Origin: Squalus acanthias
Taxonomy: Eukaryota
Length of the DNA stretch: 64,000 nt
Reading direction: 5' to 3'
NCBI GenBank assembly: GCA_030390025.1
Contig: CM059432.1
Coordinates: 103,728,001 to 103,792,000 of the forward strand
In this document: piece by piece, positions 10,884-23,564 of the stretch
Position numbering within the stretch: position 1 is the first letter of the stretch
Layout of the letters: each line of letters begins with the position of its first letter
Program-made: the position numbers and the translations under genes
Notes under the pieces: model-generated
Told to the model about the DNA's origin: nothing
Database searches by the model: none
What the model saw: only the letters and a program-made list of their open reading frames with translations

Positions 10884-11469
10884 GGGAGGCTAAACAAGCA
10901 TATGAGGGAGAAGGGAATAGAGAGTTATGCTGATAGAGTTAGATGAGGAAAGACGGGAGGAGGCTCATGTGGAGCATAAACGCCGGCGTGGACTGGTTGG
11001 GCTGAATGGCCTGTTTCTGTGCTGTATATTCTATGTAATCCTATGTATTCCTCATGCGAGTGTTATACGAATAATTACTATATTTGCATAACAGTTTTTT
11101 TCCGTGTTTATTTCTTTCTGTGTCTCTTTTTTTATTCTTTCAATGTTTTGGAAGATTTCTTTTTCTTCCTTTCAATTTCCTCCTCTCCTGGGTTATGGCT
11201 CCAAAGATTCTGGCTGCCTCCTGGTAGTTTACACAAGTGGCATTCTTAATGTGTTGGCAGGGTATTTGACTTGGAGGGCATCACACCCAAATTTGATTCT
11301 GTCCTTGTCCAATATCTCCGCATGAGGACCAGATACACATCTTGAATGTATTTAACCCTTCCTAGCCGAAGGTGGTTGAGGTCAACTGTAGCATCTCAAC
11401 AGTTGATTCAACCAGTATCAGCTAAGTAAGCCATCGGGGAAGCTACCGGTACTTTCATTTTTCATTAAA

Positions 11470-11582
11470 AAAAAGAAAAACTAACAAGAATGCTGGAAAT
11501 CTGAAATAAAAACAAAAAATGCTGGAAACTCACAGCAGGTGTTTGCTGCTGAGCGTTTCCAGCATGTTCTGTTTTTATTTCT
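11470..11582. mobile_element. Short fold-back remnant of a Penelope terminus
   Basis: GAAATAAAAACAAAAAATGCTGGAAACTCACAGCAG followed by its imperfect reverse complement; same motif as the other Penelope ends. Confidence 0.65.
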
Positions 11583-12179
11583 TTAATTTTTCATGTTTTT
11601 TTTCTCATATCATTCCGAGCCTGTCGATGCTCCTTTGTCTTTTGTAGTTTACTTTGTTGGCTTTGACTTCTCCTCTTTAAATAAAAATACTATGGCCCCA
11701 AAAATCCATGTTAGAAGTCGCAAGACTAAGGGAGCGCAGCAGAATTTGGCAGCTTGTAATTATCGGCAGTACCGATTTCCACCCTAGTTCCATCCATTTC
11801 TCAATCTTCTGAAGTATTCAGTCAGCATGAGAGTCCCAGAAGTTACGCCCAGCTCATCACTGGTGTGCACATGCTAATGAGTTCTTTGTCATAAGGAATC
11901 AGGGTGTCTGACAGGTGCACCCCCAATACACAAAATTTCCATTGGGGAGAGATAGACATATATAATCAGCTGACCCGACCAGTGGATGTGAATGTTTTAA
12001 CGTTGCTTCCAGCATTCTGAACATTTGTCGGTTTCTCATGTTTTTTAACATCTTTCAAGAATGATGTCTTTTGCAGTGCTAAACTACTGAGCTGCACTGA
12101 GCTGTACTTTAACTACCAGAGTGAGGGTCACTTTTGATTACAGCCTACCTCCATCAACACTTAGGGATACTATTGACCA

Positions 12180-12590
12180 GAATGGGATTCCCAATGGGGA
12201 TTACTATGTTTGTCATTCTAATGGAGGAGGAGGAGGAGATTTGAAGGGAGCAAAGGAGAGTGAGACAAAATCTAAGGAGGGTGAGGCCCACTCTTACCCT
12301 CCACAATCAGCATACAGGCCCTGTAGAGGAGGTCTGCATTCAGCAACTTCACTTCAGTAAAGAAGCACTGGATAAGCTAGGCCACCTTCTGCATGATGGC
12401 CTACAACCCAGTGTAGTTCTGTCCTTGGCTGTCACATTGAGCACAGCACTTAACTGCGATGCTACAGGGACCTTACAAGCTGCTACCAGAGACTTATACA
12501 ATGTTAGCCAGGGTGCTATGCAGTCCTGATTATAACAGGGCACCAATACTCTCCTCAATAGAGCTTGGGATTTCACCAGTTTGGCAGCAT
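12180..12590 (+). mobile_element. Degenerate Harbinger transposase, N-terminal part
   Basis: ORF 12260-12529 (CIQQLHFSKEALDKLGHLL...LAVTLSTALNCDATGTLQAATRDLYNVSQ) parallels the transposase at 55283-55855. Confidence 0.7.
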
Positions 12591-12706
12591 TACATGGCTA
12601 TTGAGTTCTATAGCACTCAATGTCTATAGTCTCCAGTGCTATAGAACTTAACCTAAAGTGAGAAGTCGCACAACACCAGGTTATAGTCCAACAGTTTTAT
12701 TTGAAA

Positions 12707-12744
12707 TCACAAGCTTTCGGAGCTGCTGCTCCTTCCTCAGGTGA
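12707..12744 (-). ncRNA. Minimal type I hammerhead ribozyme motif
   Basis: Exact reverse complement of 12773-12810. Confidence 0.8.
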
Positions 12745-12772
12745 AGTAAAGAAATACAGGTATTTCTTTACT

Positions 12773-12810
12773 TCACCTGAGGAAGGAGCAGCAGCTCCGA
12801 AAGCTTGTGA
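12773..12810 (+). ncRNA. Minimal type I hammerhead ribozyme motif
   Basis: TCAC-CTGAGGA-A-GGAGC-AGCA-GCTCC-GAAA-GC-TT-GTGA: stem I TCAC/GTGA, 5-bp stem II, palindromic AAGCTT. Confidence 0.85.
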
Positions 12811-14977
12811 TTTCAAATAAAACTGTTGGACTATAACCTGGTGTTGTGCGACTTCTCATTTTTGTCCACCCCAGTCCAACACCGGCATCTCCGCATCATA
12901 ACCTAAAGTGGCTGACCTTACTTTATGAAGCATTCAACACAATTCAGCTCTACCTGGAATGAATGGTAGCACCATGAACATCCGCATATGTCTCTCCTGA
13001 CAGAGAGGCCTCCAGACAAGTTAGTGCATCCAAAGTGACTGCTTTCACCACTGGCCTTCAGGCCTTGAAGGGCTGTTTGGAGAGACCAATGGAAAGTAGC
13101 TTCCGAGAGTTTTCGGGCAACATCTTTCAGGGTCTTCAGGATCAAGTCTGCTCTCCCGCTGATCAGTGGACTTCAGATCCAGGACACAGCACAAGACATG
13201 TGGCTAGAGTTTGGTTTCATGATGCCATTTTCCCTCCTGATGACAGCTCATGAGACTCTTTAAGCCAAGCCCCTCAGAGCCTGCTCATATACAGCAACAA
13301 CTTAGAATCAGGGAAAGGTACAGCACAGAAGGCAGCCATTTGGCCCATCGCGCCTGTGCCAGCTCCTTGAAAGACCTGACCAATCAGCCTCACTCCCCTG
13401 CGCTTGCCCCATAGCCCTGTACATTTTCCCCACACAAAAATGACGTGCAACAAAAGACCAGCTGGTTCATCAAGCCTACCCCACATGCATGATAGCTGGA
13501 GCATCAGGACGAGACACTTCCTATCCCCCCGCCCCCACAGCCATGTGATCTCCTAGGAGAGGCAACAAAACAGTCTTTATATTTTGTAATGCATTCTAAG
13601 TAGTTATGGCAGCAGTATTTATTTTACTTATGTCTACAGGCACAATGGGCCGAATGGCCTCCTTCTGCGCTGTCTCATTCTATGATTCTATACTCAGAAC
13701 TCTGAAACAACAGAAGTTCCACTGTAGCAACTTTTGGAACGACTGTACCATTATTCAAGTTTGGATGAAAGCATGAATTTCATGTTTATTTAATTTATTC
13801 ACTTTTTGTAACACTAAGTGCTGTTGTAGAAATATGCAAATTAATTTAATCTTTTAAGTTCTATATATCTCTTGGTATTTGCTATGAAAATCTATACTTA
13901 AACAAATGGATAGTAAAAGTAATAAGCTATCCCTGATATTACATGTAAATATTTATTTATGTAATATAGCACGAGAACAAATTTATTTATTTATTTTCCT
14001 GCAGAGGTTGAGGAAACTATTATCTATTTATTTTCCAGGTACCAATCAAAAAACACATCTTACAGCATGGAGGAAGGCCATTCAGCCCATCGTGCCTGTG
14101 CCTGCTCTTTGAAGGAACTATCCAATTACTCCCACTGCTCTTTCCCCATAGCTCTGTAAGTTTTGAAAGTTATTATTGAATCTGCTTCCACCACCCTTTC
14201 AGGCAGTGCATTCCAGTTTATAAAAATGTCTCCTCATCTCACCTCTGGTTCTTTTACCAATTACCTTAAATCTGTGTCCTCTGATTACTGGCCTTCCTGC
14301 CACTGGAAACAGTTTCTCCTTATTTACTCTATCAAAACATTTCAGGATTCTGAACACCTCTATTAAATCTCCCCTTAAGCTTCTCTGCTCTAATGAGAAG
14401 AACTCCAGCTTCTCTAGTCTCTCCACATAATTGAAGTCCTTCATCCCTGGTACCATTCTAGTAAATCTCTGCTGCACCCTCTCTAAAGCCTTGACATCCT
14501 TCCTATAGTGTGGTGCCCAAAATTTGGACACAATACTCCAGCTGGAGCCTAACCAGTGAGTTATAAAGGTTTAGCATAACTTCCTTGCTTTTGTGCTCTA
14601 GGCCTCTGTTTGTAAAGCCAAGGATCCCATAGGCCTTATCAACAGCTTTAACAACTTGTCCTGCCACCTTCAAAGATTTGTGTGCGTACACCCCCAGGTC
14701 TCTCTGTTCCTGCACCCCCTTTAAAATTGTATCATTTAGTTTATATTGCCTCTGCTCATTCTTCCTACCAAAATGCATCACTTCACACTTCCCTGCAGTA
14801 AATTGCATCTGCATTTGTCTGCCCACTTCATCAGTCTGTATATGTCCTCCTGAAATCTGTTACTATCCTCCTCACTGTTTACTACATTTCAGAGTTTTGT
14901 GTCATCTGCAAACTTTGAAATTATGCCCTGTTTACCCAAGTCCAGGTCATTAATACAAATCAAAAAGAGGTCCTAAT

Positions 14978-15804
14978 TCTTCTTCTTCTTCTTCTTAGGC
15001 AGTCCCTCGGAACCGAGGATGACTTGCTTCCACACTAAAAATGAGTTCTCAGGTGACTGATGAGTCCAATGCGGGACCTACAGTCTCTGTCACAGGTGGG
15101 GCAGACAGTGGTTGAAGGGGCGGGTGGGTGGGGTGCTTGGGTTGACGTGCACTCCTTCCACTGTTTGCGCTTGGCTTCCACTTGCTCCCGGCGAAGAGAC
15201 TCGAGGTGTTCGGCGCCTTCCTGGATGCTTCTCCTCCACTTTGTGCAGTCTTGGGCCAGGGATTCCCAGGTGTCAGTGGGGATGTTGCACTTTTTCAAGG
15301 AGGCTTTGAGGGTGTCCTTGAAGCGTTTCCTCTGCCCACCTGGGGCTCTCTTGTCGTGTCGGAGCTCCAAGTAGAGCGCTTGTTTTGGGAGTCTCGTATC
15401 GGGCATACGGACGATGTGGCCCATCCATCGGAGCTGATCAAGCGTGGTCAAAGCTTCGATATTAGGGATGTTGGCCTGAGCGTTGGTGCGCCTATCCTGC
15501 CAATGGATTTGCAGGATCTTGCGGAGGCAGCGTTGGTGGTACCTCTCCAGTGCTTTGAGGTGCCTACTGTACATGGTCCATGTCTCCGAAGCATACAGGA
15601 GGGCGGGTATCACTGCTGCTCTGTAGACCATGAGCTTAGTGCCGGGTTTGAGGTCCTGGTCTTCAAAGACTCTCTTCCTCAGGGGACCGAAGGCTGCTCT
15701 GGCACACTGAAGGCGGTGTTGGACTTCGTCATCGACGTCTGCCCTTGTTGACAGTAGGCTCCCGAGGTATGGAAAGTGGTCCACGTTGTCCAAGGCTTCA
15801 TCAT
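14978..15804 (-). mobile_element. 5'-truncated RTE-clade LINE with C-terminal C2H2 finger
   Basis: ORF 15035-15793: FPYLGSLL, LLYASETW, RWMGHIVRM, CPTCDRDCRSRIGLISHLRTH; (AAG)n tail; 9-bp TSD GGTCCTAAT at 14969-14977 and 15805-15813. Confidence 0.93.
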
Positions 15805-15983
15805 GGTCCTAATACCGACACTTGGGGGACACCACTGTGTACTTCCCTCCAGTCTGTAAAACAACCATTCATCTCTACTCCAAAACAAAAACAAAATACT
15901 GCAGATGCTGGAAATCTGAAATAAAAACAGAAAATGGTGGAAATACCCAGCAGGTCAGGCAGCATCTGTAGAGAGAGAAACAG

Positions 15984-16020
15984 AGTTAACATTTCAGGTC
16001 AATGATCTTTCGTCAGAACT
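15984..16020 (-). ncRNA. Hammerhead ribozyme motif, partly decayed
   Basis: Minus strand AGTT-CTGACGA-A-AGATCATTGACCT-GAAA-TG-TT-AACT. Confidence 0.55.
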
Positions 16021-16646
16021 GGAAAAAGTTAGAGATATAACAGGTTTTAAGCAAGTGCAGGGGCAGGGAAAGGGGGGAGGGGATAAAGAACAAAGGAGAA
16101 TGTCTGTGATAGGGTGGAAGGAAGGAGAGATTAAATGACAAAGGGGATGATGGTGCTAGACAAAAGGAGATGGTAATGGGACAAGTAAAGAAACAAAAGA
16201 TGAGTCTAGAAGAGGTGTAAATGGGAATAGCAGAATCATCAACAGCTGCCATCCGAAAAAATGGGGCAGAGGTTATGGTCTGAAATTGTTGAACTCGATG
16301 TTGAGTCCAGAAGGCTGTAAAGTGCCTAATCAAAAGATGAGGTATTGTTCCTCGAGCTTACGTTGAGCTTCATTGGAACAGTGTAAGAGGCCGAGGACAG
16401 AGAGGTCAGAGTGGGAGTGGAGCGGAGAATTAATGTGGCAGGTGACCAGAAGCCCGGGGTCACGCTTGCGGACTGAATGGAGGTGTTCTGCAAAGCGGTC
16501 ACCCAATCTGCGTTTCATCTCCCCATTGTAGAGGAGACCGCATCGTGGGCCGCGAATACAGTATACTAAATTGGAAGAAGTACAAGTAAATCGCTGTTTC
16601 ACCTGAAAGGAGTGTTTGGGGCCCTGGACAGTGGGAAGAGGGGTGG

Positions 16647-16978
16647 TTGTTTCCCCTGGCTGGAGTGTCTAGAACTAGGGGGCATAGTCTCAGGATAAAG
16701 GGTCGGTCATTTAAGACTGAGATGAGGAGGAATTTCTTCACTCAGAGGGTTGTGAATCTTTGGAATTCTCTGCCCCAGAGGGCTGTGCATGCTGAGTCTT
16801 TGAGTATATTCAAGGCTGAGATAGATAAATTTTTGGACTCTCGAGGAATCAAGGGATATGTTGATCGGGCGGGAAAGTGCAGTTAAGGTCGATGATCAGC
16901 CATGATCTTATTGAATAGTGGAGCAGGCTCGAGGGGCCGTATGGCCTACTCCTGCTCTTATTTCTTATGTTGTTATGT
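16647..16978 (+). mobile_element. CR1 3' fragment nested in the Penelope element
   Basis: FPLAGVSRTRGHSLRI...RRNFFTQRVVNLWNSLP plus CR1 3' tail. Confidence 0.9.
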
Positions 16979-19084
16979 AAAAGATCAGGTGTTGCAGCTC
17001 CTGCGCTTGCAGGAGGTGCCGTGGGAAGGGGAGGGGGTGTTGGGTGGTGATTGAGGAGTGGACCAGGGTGTCGCAGAGGGAGCAGTCCCTTCGGAATGCT
17101 GAAAGGGGAGGTGAAGGGAAGATGTGTTTGGTGGTGGGATCACGTTGGAGGTGACGGAAATGGCGGAGGATGATCTGTTGAATGTGGAGGCTGGTGGGGT
17201 GAAAGGTGAGGACAAGGGGAACCCTATTGTAGTTCTGGGAGGGAAGGGAAGGGGTGAGGGCAGAAGTGCAGGAAATGGAGCAGACACGGTCGCAGGTCCT
17301 ATCAACCACGGTGGAAGGGAATCCTCAGTTGAGGAAAAAGGAAGACATATTGGAGGCACTGCTATAAAAGGTGGCATCGTCAGAACAGATGCGAGATCAT
17401 GGAGACGGAGATCATTGACCTGAAACATTAACTCTGTTTCTCTCTCTACAGATGCTGCCTGCCCTGCTGAGTATTTCCAGCATTTTCTGTGTTCACATCT
17501 ACTCTCTGCTTTCTGTCTCTTAGTCAATTTTGTATCCATGCTGCCACTGCCCCTTTAATCCCATGGGCTTCAATTTTGCTAACAAGTCTATTATGTGGTA
17601 CTTTATCAAACAGCATTTGAAAGTCCATATACACAACATCAACCACATTACCCTCATCTACCCTCTCCGTTACTTCATCAAATAACTCAATCAAGTTTGG
17701 CAAAGATGATTTGGTTAACTGAAACATTAACCTTAACAATTCCATACTGGATGTCATTTATTAACCCATATTTTTCCAAGTAACAATTAATTTTGTCTTA
17801 GGTTATTGTCTCTAAAAGGTTCCCCTCTACCGATGTTAGGCTGACTGGCCTGTAGTTGCCCGGTTTATCCCTCTCCCCTTTTTTGAACAGGGATGTGACA
17901 TTTGCAATCCTCCAGTCCTCTGGCACCACTCCATATCTAAGGAGATTAGAAGATTGTGGCCAGAGCCTCCGTAATCTCCACTCTTACTTCCCTCAGCAAC
18001 CTAGTATGCATCCCATCTGGACATTTCAACTTTGAGGGCTGCCAACCTTTTAAGTCCCTCTTCTTTACCTATTTTTATCCTGACCAATTTCTCTACTGCC
18101 GCATCTTTTACTGTGACTTGCATTTATATAGCGCTTTCAATGTAAAGAAATGACCCAAGGACCTTCACAGAGGCGTAATCAGACAAAATATATGTCGAGG
18201 ACATTGTAGGAGGGGTGACTAAAAGAGTGGTCAAAGGGATGAGTTTTAAAGGAGGGTCTTGAGGAGCTGGAGAGGTTTAGGGAGGGAATTCCAGACTAAT
18301 ATAGGTCATTTGCATTAGTAGCACCAGAATTACAAAAATAAATTTTACACAAACTTCATGCTCATTTCATGTTTCTGGCCAGATTTACAATAAAGTTGAA
18401 CAATCAGCAGGGCTGCAACACACCCAGGATGCAATGCAGCCCTGTCGCATGTGCGCTCTAACTGGTAAATGGATAGAGCAGTTTCTGCAGTACATAAGAT
18501 TTTGGGTATTGTAGCTGCCATTATTAACCAATTACCGCAAGGATGCACGTGTCAGGTGACCAATGGTGGGACCGTGGGGACGGGATAGTTGTAGGTGGGA
18601 AGTCATGTGATGAAACCTCCCAGGATATGTCCAACCAAAATTGACAATCCTACAGCCTATTTGTCTTAAACACGGTATGCTTTGTATCTCTGTTACAGTG
18701 TGCATTAAAGCCTGATATTGTTAGCACAGAAGGGAACAATAATTTGATCATTTCTGTTTCAATCATAAATTAAGTTCCACACAAGTTATTTCAGTTTGCA
18801 TTTTGATAGAAGTTGGCAGAGGATGATATTGAGATCATGGTGAATGTAGCAGTCAATAATGTAATCATCGTTAAGAAATGAGAAGTTCTAGATTAATAAA
18901 CATTAGACCCAGCTGGGATAAGTCCAAGAATACTACAGAAAGTTACAGTAAAAGTAAGGGTTGTTGTGGTAGTAACAGAAGGCCAGTTATTGCAAAATTA
19001 GTTTTTGAAAATGTCAGGATCATGATCTTGAGACTTATAAGGCAGTTGGCTTGACATCTAGACATTCACAGTGGGCAAATGGCT

Positions 19085-20021
19085 GGGCCCCAAAATTGCT
19101 GCTTTTACTGATGTTTCTGAGGCACTCTATAAGCACAATGGCATTTTCAGTGGTGGTTCTGGAGTGGGATCCGTTTCTACTGGGTTTCCGCCTATAAGAG
19201 CAGCAATGCAATTTGCATTCGTCCTAGGGCGTCCCTGCAATCCACCCACTGATTCTGCAGACAGCCATTTTAAATATAAATGATTTGACAAGCCGAAATC
19301 CTAGAAGTTACACTTGCACTGTACCAAGAGTAAGTGAGAATGATATCAATAAGGCAAATGTGTTGCCAGTATCAGCTGAGACTGGCAGAACTGACTAACT
19401 TCGGAGTCTAGACACTGAAGAAACTTTGAACGGGAGAATGCTGGAGTTACAGAAGAGCTTTAAAAGCATGGGCCACCAATAAATAAAATGGATGGTTGGT
19501 GGGTTGCATGTGCCTAACCAGCACTCCGAGGCAGCTCACTGGGTAAGGAACGCGTAGGAGTAGTTGACAGTCGGAGCTTGGGGGAGGAGAGGTGGGAGAG
19601 AGGCGTACCCGGGGGGTGGAGGGCGGTGTGGAGGGGTGGGGGGTGGGGGCTGTCTCACACAGGCCAGCAGCTCCTCATGGTCCCATAACAATTAAAGTTA
19701 AAAATTTGGGGCCATTTTTTGAACAGCCTCCAGCGGTCCCTGTAACAACCATTGGTTAGGCTACTTAACGTTGGTACAAATGGTCGGAGCATTGGCAGTG
19801 CATATTCTGCCCATTTGCACCTCAAATTGCAATCAGGGTCCTATGTATGTAATAGATCCCCGATTTTCATATTACAACTGGCTTCCCGCCTGAATCCAAT
19901 TGCCCTTCTCAGGACCCCACCCGAGATGGCGGTGGCCGGAGAATCAGCGCAGGTAAGTGACGCAACACCATCTTGAGGCTACCCCATTTACGCCGACCAG
20001 AAGCACTTAAAATCGGCCCCC
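19085..20021. mobile_element. Harbinger-type MITE
   Basis: Imperfect termini GGGCCCCAAAATT and AAAATCGGCCCCC; G-rich core like the other MITEs here. Confidence 0.5.
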
Positions 20022-20129
20022 ATTTTTGTACTTTGCATCTGGATACAGCTCGACCTGCCTCTGGCAGCCTGAGGCCCTGTGAGACCACCCATACTAAGAG
20101 ATTCTGAGTACCAGGCATATTTCTTTGAG

Positions 20130-20930
20130 TGCAATTTTAAAGGAGGAGCAATATAGGATGGAGGGAAGGAAAGTAAGGCAGCATTTGAGAAGGAAGTCCC
20201 CTGTAAGATCTAACATCCCCCCCCCCCCCCACAAAGATTGAAGATCTGAGTGAGGAGCTCTGCATGAGAGAGAATTCGCTTTATCAAAGAGGCAATGTTG
20301 AGTTGCGCTTGCTGCTACATGAAAACCAGCTTCCTGAAGAGCTCTGTCTGTAGCTGCGAAAGTGATGACTGCTCTCAGTTTTTATGCCATCGGAACGTTT
20401 CAAGCACCTAGGATGCCATCCAGGCATGCCTTCGGCAGGTAACTGGCACACTTTCTAGGAGAGCTGGGGAATTCATCCACTTCAGCAGGACTGCAAGGCA
20501 GCAGTGTGATAGAGGCATCCAATTTTATTGCATTGCTGGGTTCTCCAAAGTGCAGGGGGGCAATAGGTGGCACACATGCTGCATTGCAAGCTCCTAGCAT
20601 TAACCCCCCCTCAACTTTCTGAATAGAAAGGGGAACCAACTCACTGAGTGTACCAATTGTGTGTGGCCACATGCAAATAATCCTTCACATGAATGGCAGA
20701 TTTTTTCAGAAATTGTCATTATGCATTCATCCTCAGGAACTCTGTCCTCCCTGAGCTCATTCAGGAAGATAATCAAGTAAGTGGATGGCTCGTGGTAAAA
20801 AGGTTGCCATGGTTAGTGACCCCCACTAAGAGTTGCAAACACAGCAGCTGAGGATCATTACAGTGATGCACATATTTCTACCAGAATTGGCATTGAGTAG
20901 AACATAGAAGTCTTAAAGAGGCACTTTAGC
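20130..20930 (+). mobile_element. Degenerate Harbinger transposase
   Basis: Hand-translated remnants ALSFYAIGTFQA, AGFSKVQGAIGGTHAA, NRK..SLSVPIVCGH. Confidence 0.7.
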
Positions 20931-21889
20931 TGCCGTGCTGGTGCAAGATTGTAGGTCTTCTTGAAGTATATGGCACAGCTGTGTAATTGGTTCCCTGCTA
21001 AACCACAGCCTCTGCAGGCATTGTCAGAACGCCATGCCTGCACCTGTAGTGCCATCTTTGGTGGCCCTTCTCTGCTTTAGCTCATCGCCCATTATTCAGT
21101 AAAGTGCAGGGGAAACACTGAAAACAGTCTCCACTGTAGTGGACTGCTTATCACAGAAACTCAGTGAAACTGCGGCTCCAACAGATGAGAACCTTCCTCC
21201 GCTGCAATGTTCATGAAGGCAATAAGAGGACATGGCGCGTACAATATTTGAAGACTGGAGTTTGATGGGACTGTCCCTTAATCAGCACCTTTCAGATAAA
21301 AGCAAAACAAGGCTAACAATAGCACGCAATACCATCACAATGTATGACAGTAATTTCAGACCAGGCAGAAACCACACGAGGATCGTATGCCACAGTGTGC
21401 TGGTCTGTATTGTACACTTGCTGCAGGTGTAAGGGTTTACCCTGACAGCAATTTCTAGGCTACTTTTTGTTCTTTGTGAGGAGCATATCCACAAATAAAA
21501 TCCTGATATCTTCAAAGGACTTTCTTGTCAAACGCTAAACAGTGTTTATGTTCCATTTGAGTGAACTTCAGTGTTGCAGCAGCTTTTAAACAGGTTTTTA
21601 CAGGTAACTTTTTCAGGATGATGCATGGCTGCAAAATCCTAGACATGAAAATGGCTCAATAGTACAGTTGGAATAATCACTATCGTCAGCTTCCTCAGTG
21701 TCAGAGAGATTAATCAGGATTAGCACTCATGTTTCTTATAAATTGTTCTGTTATTTCATGCATGAAGAATTGCAGCTCCCAGAATTATTGCTGTAGTATA
21801 TTATTGCTGTAATATACTTTCCATAATCAGCCCAATGTTCTGACAACATCTTAATAAAAGTATCCTGCACTAGATTTTTGATTAACATT

Positions 21890-22674
21890 GGCCCGGAATT
21901 TACAGTGGGTAATAACAGCGAATGAGCAGTAGTCGCTGTTATTACCCCTTTGAAACTGACCGCAACTTCAGGATGTAGCGCATACACATCGTAACGCGGA
22001 AATCCTGAAAGTGCGGTCAGTCAGTCACTGCTCTGACACTGGCTATGCTGTGGCGTGGTGCTCCCCCATTCCCCATAGCCGGCAATCAGTGGAATCAGGG
22101 AAATCAGTGAAACTCACGAAAACTTTGACTCTTCCACGGTAATATCACTGTTAAATACCCCATTAAAAGTTAGACCTTGTTTGATTAGGCATAACTGGGG
22201 TTTTAACAGTGTATTGAAAGCTAAACAAACGTTATGGCCCTGAAAAACTAATTTTAATTTTGTGGAGTGTCAAATTTCTCCATTTTAATAAAAATTACAA
22301 TTTTTAAGAAACTTTAAAAAATAATTAAATTTTTTAAAAGTTCAGATTTATTTCAGGTTTACCTTTTCCCCATGTGAGAGCCCCAATCTTCGTTTTGCTC
22401 TCTATAACGTTTTTAAAAAGTTAGAATAAAAGAAGCTTATTCACTTCCTGGTTCCCGGTCTGTGAGAATTCTGCATTGTGATTGGCTCCTTAGACAGCTT
22501 GTTGACGTTGCAGCAGCTCGCACTATGGAATTCCCCATTAACTTACACCGATTTCAACTGAACGTCGGACAAGCCGAACATCTCGCCACAGAGATCGTGA
22601 GATCTTTGTGCAAAGCTTACTTCGGGGCCAGCAGGGCATGCCTTTGCTTCGCCGCTGACCACAAATTATGGGCC
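21890..22674. mobile_element. Harbinger-type MITE
   Basis: TIRs GGCCCGGAATTT and GGCCCATAATTT (reverse complement of right end); AT-rich centre. Confidence 0.65.
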
Positions 22675-23564
22675 ACTGTCTTAAATGTAAGATTAATTTG
22701 AGCTTACCCCTAACTTCACTCCGAACCACCAAATCAGTGTTTCTATGTCTCAGTACAAAGTGGCTTACTTATTTTACTATCTCATCAATGGGAATTAGCT
22801 CAGGTATCTACTTTGTGCTTGCAGCAAGCTGTTAAAAACTCACTTTGAACATATCTGTTACATAGAACACGTTATATTCCCCAATTGTCACTGCACGTCA
22901 GTCTTTTCAAAATGCTTTTGACATTTTCTATTCTTTTACGGATCATTTCCATAATGATCACGAACCTGGGCTCCTAAATGTAGCTGTAATTAACTGAACC
23001 ACCTTTAAAATATGCACTTTTCTTTTTGTTAATAAAAGAAGGCATATAATTGAGTCTGAATTTTCTGAAACTGCTGACAGACCAGTCTGCCAAATTATTG
23101 GAATATTACTGCGGTACCACCTCCATTTGTGCCCCAGACCTGACTTAATAGTAATGGGGCTCTTACGTGTAATATTAAATTATTGCTTAAAAAGATTTAC
23201 ATGTAATTTAACACACTGTGCTTTTCCAGTAATGGCAACTGATATTAATCCAAGGACACTTACACCAAACAGTTGAATCCAACTCATTCCAAACTATATT
23301 TGTTGTGTATACCTAAACTCTGCAGTAAATACTATAATTAACTGTAGTATGGTGTGTTGTTTACTGTTGTTGCGGAAACTGTTAATAGTTGTTTTGATAA
23401 AAGCTGCTTAGTTATTCACTTCGATTGTAGAATGCTTCAGAATACATGTGAACTTTCCTCTCTTGCTCTTCCTAAACTCAACTATTGCTCCTCCCTACAT
23501 CGTCACTGTATTGAAATCAAGACTCATGGCATCAGATCAAATTCTGATTCATTCTTTTCCTGAA

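Larger units (their letters stand above)
3466..11050 (+). mobile_element. Full-length decayed CR1 LINE (5'UTR, ORF1, ORF2, 3' tail) with four nested insertions
   Basis: Collinear ORF1, APE endonuclease (PDIVGITETWL), RT ([25 protein letters not shown]). The 3' tail resumes at 10884 and ends TATTCTATGTAATCCTATGTATTC. Confidence 0.9.
12661..12898. mobile_element. Non-coding fold-back mini-element with two hammerhead motifs (probably Penelope-derived)
   Basis: 99-bp perfect inverted repeat 12659-12757 / 12760-12858; 12-bp TSD TAACCTAAAGTG at 12649-12660 and 12899-12910. Confidence 0.88.
15881..17491 (-). mobile_element. Penelope-like element with inverted terminus and a nested CR1 fragment
   Basis: GIY-YIG ORF 16330-16602; upstream RVPLVLTFHP region 16965-17309; inverted terminus at about 17410-17491; TCTACTC repeated at 15874-15880 and 17498-17504. 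Confidence 0.88.
14060..18110 (-). mobile_element. Decayed CR1 LINE hosting RTE and Penelope insertions
   Basis: RT pieces at 14199-14531, 14503-14826, 15805-15880 and 17524-17757 are collinear once the inserts are removed. Confidence 0.9.

Noticed and set aside
11346..11375. TTAACCCTT as a piggyBac terminus
   Set aside because: No partner end or transposase found.
15060..15751. Plus-strand ORFs up to 189 aa
   Set aside because: Antisense shadows of the RTE ORF.
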